DNA of 41,180 nt from Proteromonas lacertae (lineage: Eukaryota). Position 1 is the first letter of the stretch. Every line of letters starts with the position of its first letter. The notes under the pieces are model-generated. The model was given only the letters and a program-made list of their open reading frames with translations, made no database searches and was not told the DNA's origin. The position numbers were made by a program, and so were the translations under genes. The stretch lies in assembly GCA_002245135.1 (NCBI GenBank), contig NGBS01001209.1, forward strand, positions 1-41,180, read 5' to 3'. Shown here piece by piece: positions 12,801-24,974 of this stretch.

Positions 12801-14394
12801 AGTCATTCCAATATTAGTTGATGGATAATTCTCATTTGCTTCACATATTGAAAGTGGTTTTTCATCTAATATAAACAATTTAAATTCAATCCAATATCCC
12901 CAAGGATCCTTATAATTATTTGTTTTTATTACTTCTAATCTATAACTTTCAAAAGCTTTATTAATTGGATTTAAGGCATATGTTGAAATAGTAGTACAAT
13001 GATCTGTTGTCAATCCTAAATTTGTATTTGCATAAAGTAATATCCAATTTATATTCTCACTATCAACTGAACCATATACCTTTATATTCTGTGGATGAGT
13101 TGCTTTATTATTAGCACATCCACTAATTCTTACTTGATTTACATACTTAGCTACATGATTTCTAAATGTGAAATAATAGTTCATTGGAAACCACTTTGCT
13201 TCATCACTTGGAGTTAAAACAACACCACAACGATCTGTATTTATTGAAAACATATTAGTTAATATCATACTTACAGTAGGTTCATATCCAGCTTGTGATC
13301 TTACTGTTATATCTACATTAGATGCTGTTGTTTGTGAATACAATCCTCTATCAACAGTTTCAATTGAAGCTGAGAATTTATCTTCTTGATTAAATGGACT
13401 TGATTTACTTTTATGAATCTCAATTCCAATGAAATTGTCAAAACTATTGATTATTGATTGAGGAATTGTTATGGTAGATTGAATAAGTATATCAAATGAT
13501 TTGGTTGCTATGATTTCTGAGTTTATTTCTACTAATGGCATATTCTTTCGAAAGATTTCTATTCCATTTACATAAACTATTAAACCATCAGTATATTTTA
13601 CTTTCAAGATTGGACCATTCGTTGCTGATATATCAGGAAGAGTGAATTTGGTTCGATAATAAGTGGTTATAGTAGTTTTATAGGGAAATTTTGTTGGAAT
13701 ATAATTTATCCAATCATTCAATTCATTACTCCATGAGATATCACTTTGAGGACTATTTGAATATCCCCAATCACTCTGTTCTGGCAATACAATATAGCTA
13801 GCTAATTGTCTTACAGAAGATTTCATTTCTTTATCACTTCCTATCTTTACTTTTACAGAGTTTTTAATTTTCAAATCATTTAAATTTATTGCTGCAATGA
13901 TTTTACCTTCCATTTCAATTCTCAGAATACCTAATGACGATCTTTCTTTTCTTTCTTCACTTTTTCTAATTTCATAAATACCTTCTTCAAGGCATAATGT
14001 AGTAGATTGTATAGCATCTTTTATTTCAGAGCTAAACAGCTTTGACAAGTCAATCTTCTTTTCACCTAAATATAAACTAAATAATTCTACCTTCAATTCT
14101 TTATTAATTCTCTCACTCAATAATCTTTCACTTGGCACAGTCTGGTAGTATAACACAACCAAAATTTCATTACCATGACAAATTAAATTCATTTTATTCT
14201 TTGTATCATCATCACTAGTACTAATTCTATTTGATGATGGAAAATCTTCTGTTTTTAACCCTTCAGTTTCTGAAACAACATAAATAGAATTAGTACTATT
14301 GCCTACATTCTGTTCAGTAGAAGCAGTCACGCCTATACAATATAAATATCATACTTATACAGATTGACACAAAAAATATGAATAAATGTATCAT
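3828..14394 (-). CDS. Giant secreted/surface mosaic protein (~3,510 aa): signal peptide, 2x galactose-binding-like plus F5/8-like units, He_PIG Ig repeats, duplicated beta-rich module, GLUG-like FGGLIG repeats, C-terminal mastigoneme/tenascin-type EGF module
   Basis: 10.5-kb uninterrupted ORF. ATG at 14394 with a 28-nt intron (GTATAA..TATAG) gives MIHLFIFFVSICVTA-STEQ. He_PIG-like FDEKTGTFSG and LNSENGIISGIP motifs. EGF repeats ECSNQGKCNTTKGICECFDGFEGNACQR and terminal ECSNNGICDTKSGICNCFDGFSGVACS. Confidence 0.9.
7215..10875 (-). repeat. Intragenic direct repeat (~1.1 kb; copies ~7215-8300 and ~9795-10875, offset ~2.57-2.58 kb)
   Basis: 7685-7803 is identical to 10265-10383; 8045-8192 is identical to 10616-10763; 7215-7364 versus 9795-9944 has about 5 mismatches. 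Confidence 0.95.
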
Positions 14395-14606
14395 TTTTCA
14401 ATTACGTTTATCAAGCTTGATTCAAACTTCTAAATTTTCTGTTTGTATTTCTTAAACATCAGGCAGATATATTGGCTATGATAAAAATGTACAAGATGTA
14501 AAAAGCATTATATAGTTCATTTTTTATCTAAAACATATTTTCAATCATAATATTGTAATTATCAGGAAAAGCAAGTGTATTATATTAAAATGATATTATA
14601 GAATTT

Positions 14607-15737
14607 TTATATCCAATTAATCTTACATTCGTTACACTTGTTTTCTTTACTATTTAGAAATTCTAACACAGATAATTTAGATTTATAGTATGCAATGCCA
14701 CTAAATGAACTTGATGAAGTTAAAAACAGTATATGACTTTTGGCCAGTATATGAGCTTCTGCAACAGAAAAAATAAACCCATTTGTTACGCTTGAAGCAG
14801 ATCCTCTTGAATGAACCTTTTCATGAATATCATTAACAACAAATTGCGGATATTTTGCTTTATATTTCTTTAATATCTCATTATCATCTGTTGAAATATA
14901 CCATTGCGCTTTTTTAAGTCTATTTGATATTTTTGTTGCATTTTGTATTGCTTCTTCTATTTGTTGATTATTTAAAAAAGTTACTCCATTATCATTCCAT
15001 CCTTTATGATTTGTTCTAAAATGAAATCCAATCAACATCTTTTCTTTTGAAAATGCATTTGTTATTTTTATTATCTCGTTTATCACTAGTTTAGATGGTT
15101 TAAAAAAGAATCTTTATAAGAAATATCTAATTTCGATTGTTTGTTTCTCAATAATATTGTTCGATCTATTTGTCACTAACCCATATTTCTTTGCTTTATC
15201 GCTAAAATTACCATATTTGAGAAATTGGTCAGTCAAATCACAACAAGTCAAGAATTTTACACTATCATCATTTGCTGTAGATATTTCTTTAAGCTGTTTA
15301 TCATTAAAACATGTAATATAATCAAAATAACGTTTGCCACCTTCAACAATGTTAGGAGCTTCTAATGTTGACAATGGTGTTGAGTAATATGAATTAAATG
15401 TGTTCCAATTGTGTAAAAGTATTGCTTTATCGGTCATCATAGCCAAAAATGTAGCGCCTACTAGTGTTCTTAATTTATTTCCCATTCCTCCGCTTGGATG
15501 TTGATAATATGTTAATGTTCTTACTTTTGTATTATTGCGTATAGTACGCAACCATTCTTTATGTTTTCCGGCGTATATTCTGAAATATGGAGGAGGTATG
15601 CTGTATGGATCAATTGAATCTGTTTCTTTTAGAATTTTATGGTTTCTGTGTTTTCTTTTTTTGACCAACAAATAATATGAAGCTAAAAGAACTAACATCA
15701 CTATAATGCAAATAGTATTACTCAAACAATTTTTCAT
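14607..15737 (-). pseudogene. Type II membrane fucosyltransferase (GT23/NodZ/GT37-like) interrupted by one in-frame TAA at 15114-15116
   Basis: N-terminal TM; motifs GGMGNKL, IGFHFRT, WYISTD, EAHILAKS..LTSSSSFS. The two ORF pieces are in the same frame (IRYFL*RFFFKPS; paralog IRYFMYKYFFQPS). Confidence 0.75.
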
Positions 15738-15956
15738 TTTTACTCTTTTTATAACTAGCTAAATATGTTGCTATGTTGAACTATTTATTATTATTTTATC
15801 TGCTGTTGATAATAATTATTTATATGTAATTTACACTCAATTCTATAAAGAATTGATCGATTATTGTAATCCCTTTATGAAAAATACAAGCAAACAACAC
15901 TAAAACATATATAAACTTAAAAATAAATATTATAAACTATTACCAAAAAAACTACC

Positions 15957-17176
15957 TTACTCACTCTCAATCCAATTAACACTACAATATTCACAGTTCC
16001 ATTCATCTTTACTTAACAATCTAGAAATAGACAAGTCAGATCTATAATAAGCAATATGACTAAACGAACTACTACTTGTTAAATACAAAATTGGACAATA
16101 AGATAATACAAAACTATCAACTAAAGTATATACAAACACATTTTCATTCAAATAGCCAGATATTCGAGAATGTTCTTTCTTATGAATATCACTTATCATA
16201 TAGTCAGAATATTCATATTGAAAATTCCTCAATAACTTGTTATTATCTGAAGCTATATACCATTTTATCTTATTCTTTTGTGATTGTGAATTTTCTCCTA
16301 ATTGCTTTACTGTATTTTCAATTTGTGACTTACTTAGAAATTTAACTCCAACATCATTCCAATCTTCATGATTTGTCCTAAAATGCATTCCAATAACTAT
16401 ATTACTCTCAAATCTTTTTAACACTTTACTTATCTCATTTTCTACTTTCATCGAAGGTTGAAAGAAATATTTATACATAAAATATCTTATTTCAATCGCT
16501 TGTTTAGTTATATCATTCTGTGATCTTTCACTAACAAAACCATATTTGTATAGCTTCTTTTTAAAGTTCCTGTACTTTAAAATACTTTCTAATAAATCAC
16601 AATATGTTAGAATTGATAAATAACTCTTCTTTCTCCAATTCACCATTTCTTTTATTTGGTTATCCTCAAACATGTGTCAAAATCTTCATACATCTTACCT
16701 ATTGGATAGTCTTCTACAGGAGGTTGAATAGATTCTAATGGAGTAGAAAAATAGGTTGAAAATGAAGGCCAGTTGTTGAGTATTATTGCTCTATTTGTTA
16801 GCATGGCTAATACTGTTACAGACATAAGACCTCTTAGCTTGTTACTCATTCCTCCACTTTCGTGTTGAATGTATGTTATTGCTCTACTTTTCTTGTGTGA
16901 ATTAATCAAATTGAACCATTCCTTCTGTTTCTGAGAATATATCTCGAAATATGGAGGAGGTTTCTTATAGAAATCAACATTATCTATGAAATATATTAAT
17001 TAATAGTGCAATATACTGCTGTTGTTATAATTGAAATAATCTTTTATCACAGGAATTGTAAAATGATAAGTATTCCTTGTTGAAGATTTTCTCGATGTGT
17101 TTGTATAATATATAGCAAGAATATATGTCGGTATAGCAAAAATGAGTAGTATTAACAGAAATATATATGAATGCAT
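15957..17176 (-). pseudogene. Tandem paralogous fucosyltransferase, 1 intron, with a 1-nt frameshift at ~16668-16670
   Basis: MHSYIFLLILLIFAIP TM; 33-nt intron; motifs GGMSNKL, IGMHFRT, WYIASD, DSFVLS..LTSSSSFS. One extra T is needed to join DFDTC to FEDNQIKE (paralog DYITCFNDKQLKE). Confidence 0.7.
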
Positions 17177-17263
17177 TGAGTTATAAACAAAATAAAAATC
17201 AAGCTTTATTTGTTGAAACGACTTAAAATACAATTTGAAAATCGTGTTTTATTAATTTTCTTG

Positions 17264-18116
17264 ATGATTAGAAATTTATCAGCTCCACTTTCACCCTGGT
17301 CTAATGGTGCTGCTCAAGATTTTACTGTGAGATCAAAATCATACAAGCAGTACGAATATTTCAACACATCATTCTTAGAAATGGATTAAAACAGTCATCA
17401 TTAGATTCTTTGTATGTTGTTACACAATTTCAAATCATCGATCAAGATAACATAGAAACTGCTTTCTTAAATATGTTACCAACTATTCATTTTATTACCT
17501 GTACTTACAATGAATATCATAAATTGGTATAGATAATGTTGGAACCATGAAACTACCATCTGATATATTTATATCTATTTTCATTCCAAATAAACATAAA
17601 TCATTTATCAGAAAAATGAAAATGCAAAAGAAGCATGCACTTATAATACATGCTCATATATCAGCAGAAACAATCCAACAAATATCAATATCAAATATTA
17701 CTCCTGCCATGTCATTATTATCTGTATTTCCATTAATTCTTTAATTCTTTATTTGTTAGAATTTTTTACAAGGTTTAGATAGTGAAATGTATTCTAGATT
17801 GAAATTGATAATAAACTGCACAAATATCAACGATCTTTCTGGTGTATTATCAGCTGTTAAATTAATGGAGATTAAACTCTACAATGGAAAGCCGTTATTA
17901 TGTAGAGGTGTGAATATTAGTTCTGTTGGTAATATTCCACATGTCAATGTTCCCGGTACTACTTGGAATACAGCTCAAAAAACTGGAATACATGTTCTAT
18001 TCCAACATTTATCTGATATGGTGTTAAATATCGGATTAACGCTTGAAGGGAAGAAAGATGATGAATTACCAGAACAAATATTTTGTTGTACAAAATTAAA
18101 CCATTATGATTTATAA
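17264..18116 (+). CDS. EDR2 C-terminal domain (DUF1336) protein; 3 introns
   Basis: Spliced: PWSNGAAQDFTVRSKSYKQNGLKQSS...SRLKLI...YNGKPLL...IGLTLEGKKDDELPEQIFCCTKLNH. Confidence 0.8.
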
Positions 18117-18412
18117 GTAAATGATTTTTTATATGATAACCTACTTTATTTTTTAAAAATGTGTTTTGTTTTTGTCTTAGTAGTCTTAATCATCCATAAA
18201 ATTGAATTAATTTATAAATAAGCTTGATTTCTATCAAATCAGAATCAATGTTGTATGTTATTTTGTCATTTTTTGGTTCATACAAGAAATGCATTAGTCA
18301 TTATGCAGTAAATATAGCTATATACGAACACGACTAATAAGATATAACTATCAATGTCAACATATTCGCTAGTCGTGTATAGTTTTTATTATTCTCATTT
18401 CATATTGTTGAT

Positions 18413-19974
18413 ATGAAGTTATTATTATGGATATTAATACTATGTACATGTTTTGCTCAAAGAAAATCAGAAGTATACATGGCAATGGACATATCTTCTG
18501 TTAATCCAAGCTTAAAAGATTTTCCATTAATGTCAAGTGGTCAAGTCAATCATGAAGTGTTGAATTTTGCTAAAAATATTGTCATACCAAGTGAATTGAA
18601 TGAAACTATTTTGAATTGGTTTACTTATGCAAAACCTCCAGAAAATTACCAAGTTATTTTATCATCCAGTGATCCTACTATATTAGGTGTAGAAATGAAT
18701 TATCCTGAAAATGGAACAGTCCCAACAGGACAAGAAAAGTATAGTTTTTAGTTTTACAATTAATAGATTTATTATATCATTCACTTGTCATGGAAAGAAT
18801 AGTGTTTTAAGAGGAACACAAATACATTTACAATTGAAACTGTGGGATAAAGATGGTGAGTTTTTAGGTTTATCAGTTTCTCCAAGAAAAGCATGTAAAT
18901 CATATTGTATATTTTATAAACAACAATAATTATTATTATGTTTTGATTAAATAGCATTACCAAAATGTGCTGTATATCCAACAACAATAGAATTAGAAAA
19001 AATTCCAACCAAAATATCATTACTGACACTTAATATTGATTCAAATAGAAAAAATATAAATTCAATAGAAAAACTACCACACATATATGAAAGGATTAAA
19101 AACTATGATATAATATCACTTCAAAGTGTGGGAAATAATGAAAATAGAATTGGATTAATTGATTTGTTGAAAGATTCACATAAATATAGAATTGCTTCTC
19201 CAAGAGTATAATAATAATTATTATTATTATAAATATGAATAGAAAAATGAAGAAGATGAATCAAAGAATGGTTTATTTTTAGCAAGTAAATATCCAATAA
19301 TATACTGTAATTATTTCATGTATAATCCATATGATTATTATAATTAATTTAGTTTAAAAGATGACATTGATAGTGATGAAGACATTGATAGTGAATATGG
19401 ATATGTAATTGCTGGTATTAATGTAGGAGAAAAAAGAACAATTTTTATCATCAACACAATGTTTGAAGATAAATTAACATTCTACTATATGGATGAAATG
19501 ATGGCTAATGTTTATAAAGAAATAGATGATTATAAAGAAAAAAATAAAGATTATATTATTTCATTAATTGTCACAGGTGATTTAGCTTTTGGAAGTGGAA
19601 CAAAAGTAGAACCTTCAGATGAATATATGAATGTATTAGATGATTATAACCTTGAAGATTTGTATGCAAATCATTCAATTAGTTGGGATATTACCAATTA
19701 TGTGAATAATGAAAGAAATGATTATATTTTAAAATCCAATCACTATCCTGATTCTCTTAATATTGCTGTTAATAATTCAGAAATTATTAACATGATTTCA
19801 ACAGAAGAATATGAATATGTAATTGATGATGAAATTGTTAAATTAAACAGATATTCTACTCATGATGGTGTAGGTGTTACAATTGATATAGAAGAAGTAT
19901 TACAACCTGATTCTAGTAGTTTCAGTGTTATTTCTGTTTTGTTGCTTCTTCTATTATTCTTCTTTATAATGTAG
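18413..19974 (+). CDS. Signal-peptide, probably GPI-anchored EEP (sphingomyelinase C/DNase I-like) fold protein with degenerate active site; 4 introns
   Basis: MKLLLWILILCTCFA; motifs SLLTLNI, YDIISLQSV, NGLFLASKYPI, FIINTMF, IVTGDLAF, YSTHDGV; hydrophobic tail SSSFSVISVLLLLLLFFFIM*. Confidence 0.7.
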
Positions 19975-20117
19975 TAATGGTATAGAGTTTTTATTCTTTT
20001 TATGTTTGTTTTTTTCCTTCCTAATTTAACCCCCATTCATAAAACACAATTAAAAAAATATCACATAAATATATAACATTAAGAAAAAAATAAGTAACAT
20101 AAACTTACACTCACAAT

Positions 20118-21115
20118 TTAGTGATGATCACCAGTTACATTATCTAATTTTGTACTCTCTTTATATAGATCATTGTTATTTCGTTCATATATACTTCTAT
20201 TCTTCTTTTCTTCATTTGTTTCTTCATTATCATTAAACAGCATATCTTTGGAGTTAAAAACATCACCATCTTTATTATTTTCTTTTGTACCATTGAATTT
20301 CTGTGAATTCAATCCTATAATCGAATCGTCTTCATGATTTCCATTTTTTGATTTTTTCTCTTCACTTCTTATCCTATTAAGCTCTTCATACAGTTTACTC
20401 TCTTCTATTGACAAATCTAATAAATATTCTTCAATCGACACTAATTGTTCTGTTAATTCGCTTATACCTGTAACTATTGATGGATCCGATCTACCTTCTT
20501 TCAACTATAATAATATTTAATAATTACTAATTAATAATATATACTGATAGTAGAGAATTCAATACATGTTTTACTTTTTCTTGTTCTTCCAAAATGTCTT
20601 GTTTTCTTTGATTTAGCATAATTATTTGATAAATAACTTGACTTATATCATTCAATAAATCATCTTCTAGAGTTTCCGATGATTGAAGTGTTACTTTCAA
20701 TGATTCAAGCTGAATCTCCCGTTTTGATAGTTCTTCACCTTCTATTTTTATTTTTTCATATTTCTTTTCTAAAGTAACTAATATTTCTTTTTGTGACGAA
20801 GCTTTTATTATAAAGAATAACAAGATAAATATACGATTATCTGAACTATCAATAGTCTATAGTAAATTATATATATATTGGGATATACTTTTCTGATTTG
20901 GTTTTTCTCTTGTGTTATATCTCCAAGTAAAGAATAAATCCTTTCTATTCTAGGTTTTAGCGAATTCAATTCGCTAGTCACATTTTTTATTAATTGATTT
21001 ATATCTATTTGTTCTGGAATTTCGTCCTGGATAGAATTACATCTAATTAGCAATAATAATGCAATATATACATAAAAAAGAATATAAATATGAACAGTAC
21101 AAAGCGCTTAAACAT
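20118..21115 (-). CDS. Putative secreted coiled-coil protein, several introns
   Basis: Spliced N-terminus MFKRFVLFIFIFFFICNSIQDE is signal-peptide-like; heptad-rich exons match ORFs 20808-21053, 20527-20823 and 20118-20504. Confidence 0.55.
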
Positions 21116-21164
21116 TATTCTATTAACTTGTATATTAAAAACGCAATAACTGTTGAAATAAAAA

Positions 21165-21173
21165 GGCGGGAAA
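21165..21173 (-). promoter_or_regulatory. E2F-type site TTTCCCGCC in a 117-bp bidirectional promoter
   Basis: Exact TTTCCCGCC in very AT-rich intergenic DNA, ~60 nt upstream of the HDAC ATG. Confidence 0.45.
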
Positions 21174-21232
21174 TGAAGTAGTTTGAAGGCTTGGTTCATT
21201 TTATTTTTGAATTTGATTATAAAACAAACCAA

Positions 21233-23601
21233 ATGAATTTTGCTGACTTTTTAAATGCAGATTTAAGTGATGATACATCTGAAGAAGAAGAAATTGAAGA
21301 GAAAATTCCGCTTACTAAGAATTTATTTCACAAACTAGCAGAACAGGGAGATACTGAAAAATTGAAAAAAGTAATATATCAATATGAGCATAGAGATTAT
21401 AATCCAAAAGTATTTGTTATTTGTTTGATTTAATTGTAGGATCCAGAGTTATCAGTAAACATGAAAGATGGTAATGATGCAACTCCATTACATCTTGCAT
21501 TATTTGGTAAGCATCTTGACATAGCAAAGTTTTTGATTGAAAAAGGGAGTAAAGTAGAAGAAAGCGTTGAAGGAAATTCATGTTATCATGTTATATTCTT
21601 AACATCATTGCAATGTGAATCTAATAATTATTTAGAAAATGGCTTTAAGTTGATAAGTTCATATAATTTATCAATTAACAGTGTGAATTACCTAAAACAG
21701 ACAATTTTACACTTATGTGGTATTTATGATCATATAGATTGTCTAAAATTCATAACAAATGAATATAAAGCATTCCTTGATTTGAAACTAGTAGATTATA
21801 ATGAAAACAATATAATCCATATATGTTCTATCTATAATTCAATAAATGTATTGAAATATGTATTAGAACTATTAAATGAAGATGAAAGAAAAGTGTTAAT
21901 TAATAATTACAATCAAGAAGGATATAATAGTATGCATTATTGCTGCTTATATAATAACATTAATATATTGAAACTCTTAATAGCAAATGGTGGAAATATA
22001 GAAATAAAAGATAAGAAAAACAATAAAAGTTGTATAGACATAAGTAAAGAATGTAGTAATAATATTGAAATAATAAAAATATTAGAAAAGAATAATGATG
22101 TAAAAGAAGATAATGATAAATTATGTTTAAAGAAGAAAATGTTAATAATAACAAATAATAGATCATTAAATCATATCACATATGATGAAAATGATGAAAA
22201 ATCCGTATAAATAATAATTTATATAATATTAATAGGTAATACCAAATGAAAGGCTTGAAAGAGTTCGTAGTCTAATAGATCCAACTTACAACTCCATATT
22301 AATGATAAATAAAAAATATAACAATCATAATGATATATATGTAAGTGATAGACGTGGAAATATATCCGATGTGCTTCGAGTCCATGATTATTTCTACATT
22401 AACAAAATAAAAGATAGTTGTAAAATTACAGCAAAAGATGATAATGATGATAGTAAAAAGAAGATATGTAGTTCATTAGATGGTGATACAACTGTAAGTA
22501 TAGGATCATTTGAATCTGCAATGTATGCAATCGGTACAATATGTGATGCTATTGATAAAGTGATTAAAAATGAATATAAAAATGCATTTTGTATTATCAG
22601 ACCTCCTGGTCATCATGTTGGTGTAAATGGTTCAGTTAAAAATGTGAATAATTATTTCCCATCAGTTGGATTCTGTTTGTTTAATAATGTAGCAATTGCT
22701 GCTTCTTATATTAGAGTTTATTATCACAACTTAGGAATTAATAATATAGCAATTTTAGACTTTGATGTTCATCATGGAAATGGAACTGAAGATATAATCA
22801 GAAACCTACAACCAAGATGTATTAAAGATGAAATCAATTTACCTTATTGTTCAATGAAGAGTGAAAGAACAATCTATAAACCATGGTTAAATGAAAAAGA
22901 TGGAAAACATGTATTCTTCGGCAGTGTTCATGGATATGGAAATATGTCTAAAAATAGTACAACTCCCAGTTATTTCTATCCAGGAAGTGGTGATTTAACT
23001 GATATAAAGAGTGAAGATAAAATTGAATATGATGAAATTGGATGTCCAATACCATTAGTATTTATATATATTTATATATAATTATTTATATTATGTTTTT
23101 ATATAGAGTGCTAATATAGTAAATGTTCCATTAAAAGAGAATAATGGCAAAATAAAATCTGAAAGTTGGAGAAATGCTTGGCTTGATGAAATTTTTCCAA
23201 AATTAATAGAATTTAAACCAGATATTATATTATTATCTGCTGGTTTTGATGCTCATTATAAAGATGTATTAAATTGTGGATATTGCAGTATTACTGAGTA
23301 TGATTATGAATGGTTTACAGACTGTGTATTAAGTATAAGTCATAATTATTGTAATGATCGTGTTATTTCGATATTAGAAGGAGGATATAATGTAAATGGT
23401 CGTGGTTTAAGTCCATTTGCTTCATCAGTGAGTAGTCATGTAAGATCATTGAAAAGAGATTATAGTAGGAATTACAATAAAGAAGAATTTAGAAGAATTG
23501 AAAAGAAGGAAGAAATTGAAAGTAAACCTTATATAAATCTAAGAAAAAGAAAACTGGATGATTGTTGTGATGATAGAAAAGAAAAGAAAATTGATGTATA
23601 A
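21233..23601 (+). CDS. Ankyrin-repeat class II histone deacetylase; 3 introns
   Basis: Ankyrin TPLHLA and TILHLC repeats; HDAC motifs RPPGHH, GFCLFNNVA, DFDVHHGNGT, SAGFDAH, LEGGY. Confidence 0.92.
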
Positions 23602-23750
23602 ATACTATAATATTATTCTACATTTATAAATCTGTGTATAAGCTTTTACAAAGATTATCAAAACCTTAATAATACACACTTTCAAATAAACAACAGAATA
23701 ATATAATTTCATTTTTTTTCAACAAAAATTACAATATTAAAACTAAATCA

Positions 23751-24436
23751 TTAATGACCTCCTCTTCCACCTCTGAAACTTCCGCCTCTTCCTGAAAAAC
23801 CACCTCTACCACCTCCACCTCTACCTCCTCCATTAAAACCTCCTCTACCACCACCTCTTGCTGAAAATCCACCTCTTCCTCCACTTCCACCTCGTCCTCC
23901 TCTGCTTGGTCCTCCTCTACCACCTCTACTAAATCCACCTCTGCTACCACCACGACCTCCTCCTCTTCCACCTCTACCACCTCCACTTGATTTTGAAGGA
24001 CTATTTATCAATATTTATAATTCATATAGAGAATACTTTATGAACCTATCCGGTTCTAATAGTTTTTGTGGATTGATATATATTTTGTCATGTTGTTTGA
24101 ATGAAGATGCAACTACACCTGCATCGCATTTTACAGTGAAATGAGGATCATTAATTGCTCCAAAAATTTCATCAACTTTTCCAATCTGAGTTTTATTTTC
24201 GAGATATATGGGTGCATTGAAATATGGTATCTAAAGAATACAACAATTGTAATACTTTTGGTAACGATATTTTGACAATAAGGTCTCCTTCACAACTGTG
24301 AGTGAATTCACCAATTTCTAATCAAACTCAATAAAAACAATATACCAATCACACTATCTGGTGGACCTTCTTCAAAGTTACGACTATTTCTACGACTATC
24401 AAAGCTACTACCTCTACCGCCTCTAGAAAACCCCAT
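23751..24436 (-). CDS. GAR1: H/ACA snoRNP subunit Gar1; 3 introns
   Basis: [46 protein letters not shown]-rich tail. Confidence 0.96.
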
Positions 24437-24536
24437 TATGTTTAGAAATGAAAATGTAATGAAACGAATATAATTTTTGGAATAAAGAAAATCTTTGTTT
24501 TTTATCAGCTAAAGAGATTGTAGAACATAAATAAAT

Positions 24537-24974
24537 ATGAATTTTTTTGCTAAAGTTTTTGTATCACCAATAAAAGAAATTAAAGAAGCAATAGCGAAAA
24601 AGAGGAAAGATGGGGGAAATGATAGTGAATTCGAATTGCAAACAGCTAAGCCTGGGTATATAAGATAATCTAAATCTTTTTGTCATTTATTATCTAAATT
24701 ATAGATCATCTCGTCCATTTTTAACAGACAAACAAAGAGCAGTAAATGATTTGGAAGAAATACATAGTAAATCTGAAACAGCACAATTAGAATTAGATTA
24801 TGAATTGTTACTAGTATAGAAAATAGAATTAATCATTTTTTATAGTCAGTGTTTACTCTGTGGAAGCTAAAAGCTTATTCAACAAAAATACATCAACATG
24901 AAGATATATATATAAATAGATTACCTCCTTTGATTAGAGATGCGATTTTATACAAAGATAAATTGAATAATTAG
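24537..24974 (+). CDS. Hypothetical protein (~118 aa); 2 introns
   Basis: Continuous frame after removing two GTAT..TAG introns: MNFFAKVFVSPIKE...LPPLIRDAILYKDKLNN*. Confidence 0.6.

Noticed and set aside
15114..15116. TAA reassigned to Tyr genome-wide
   Set aside because: Only one case; TAA terminates most genes here and none interrupts the 3,500-codon ORF.
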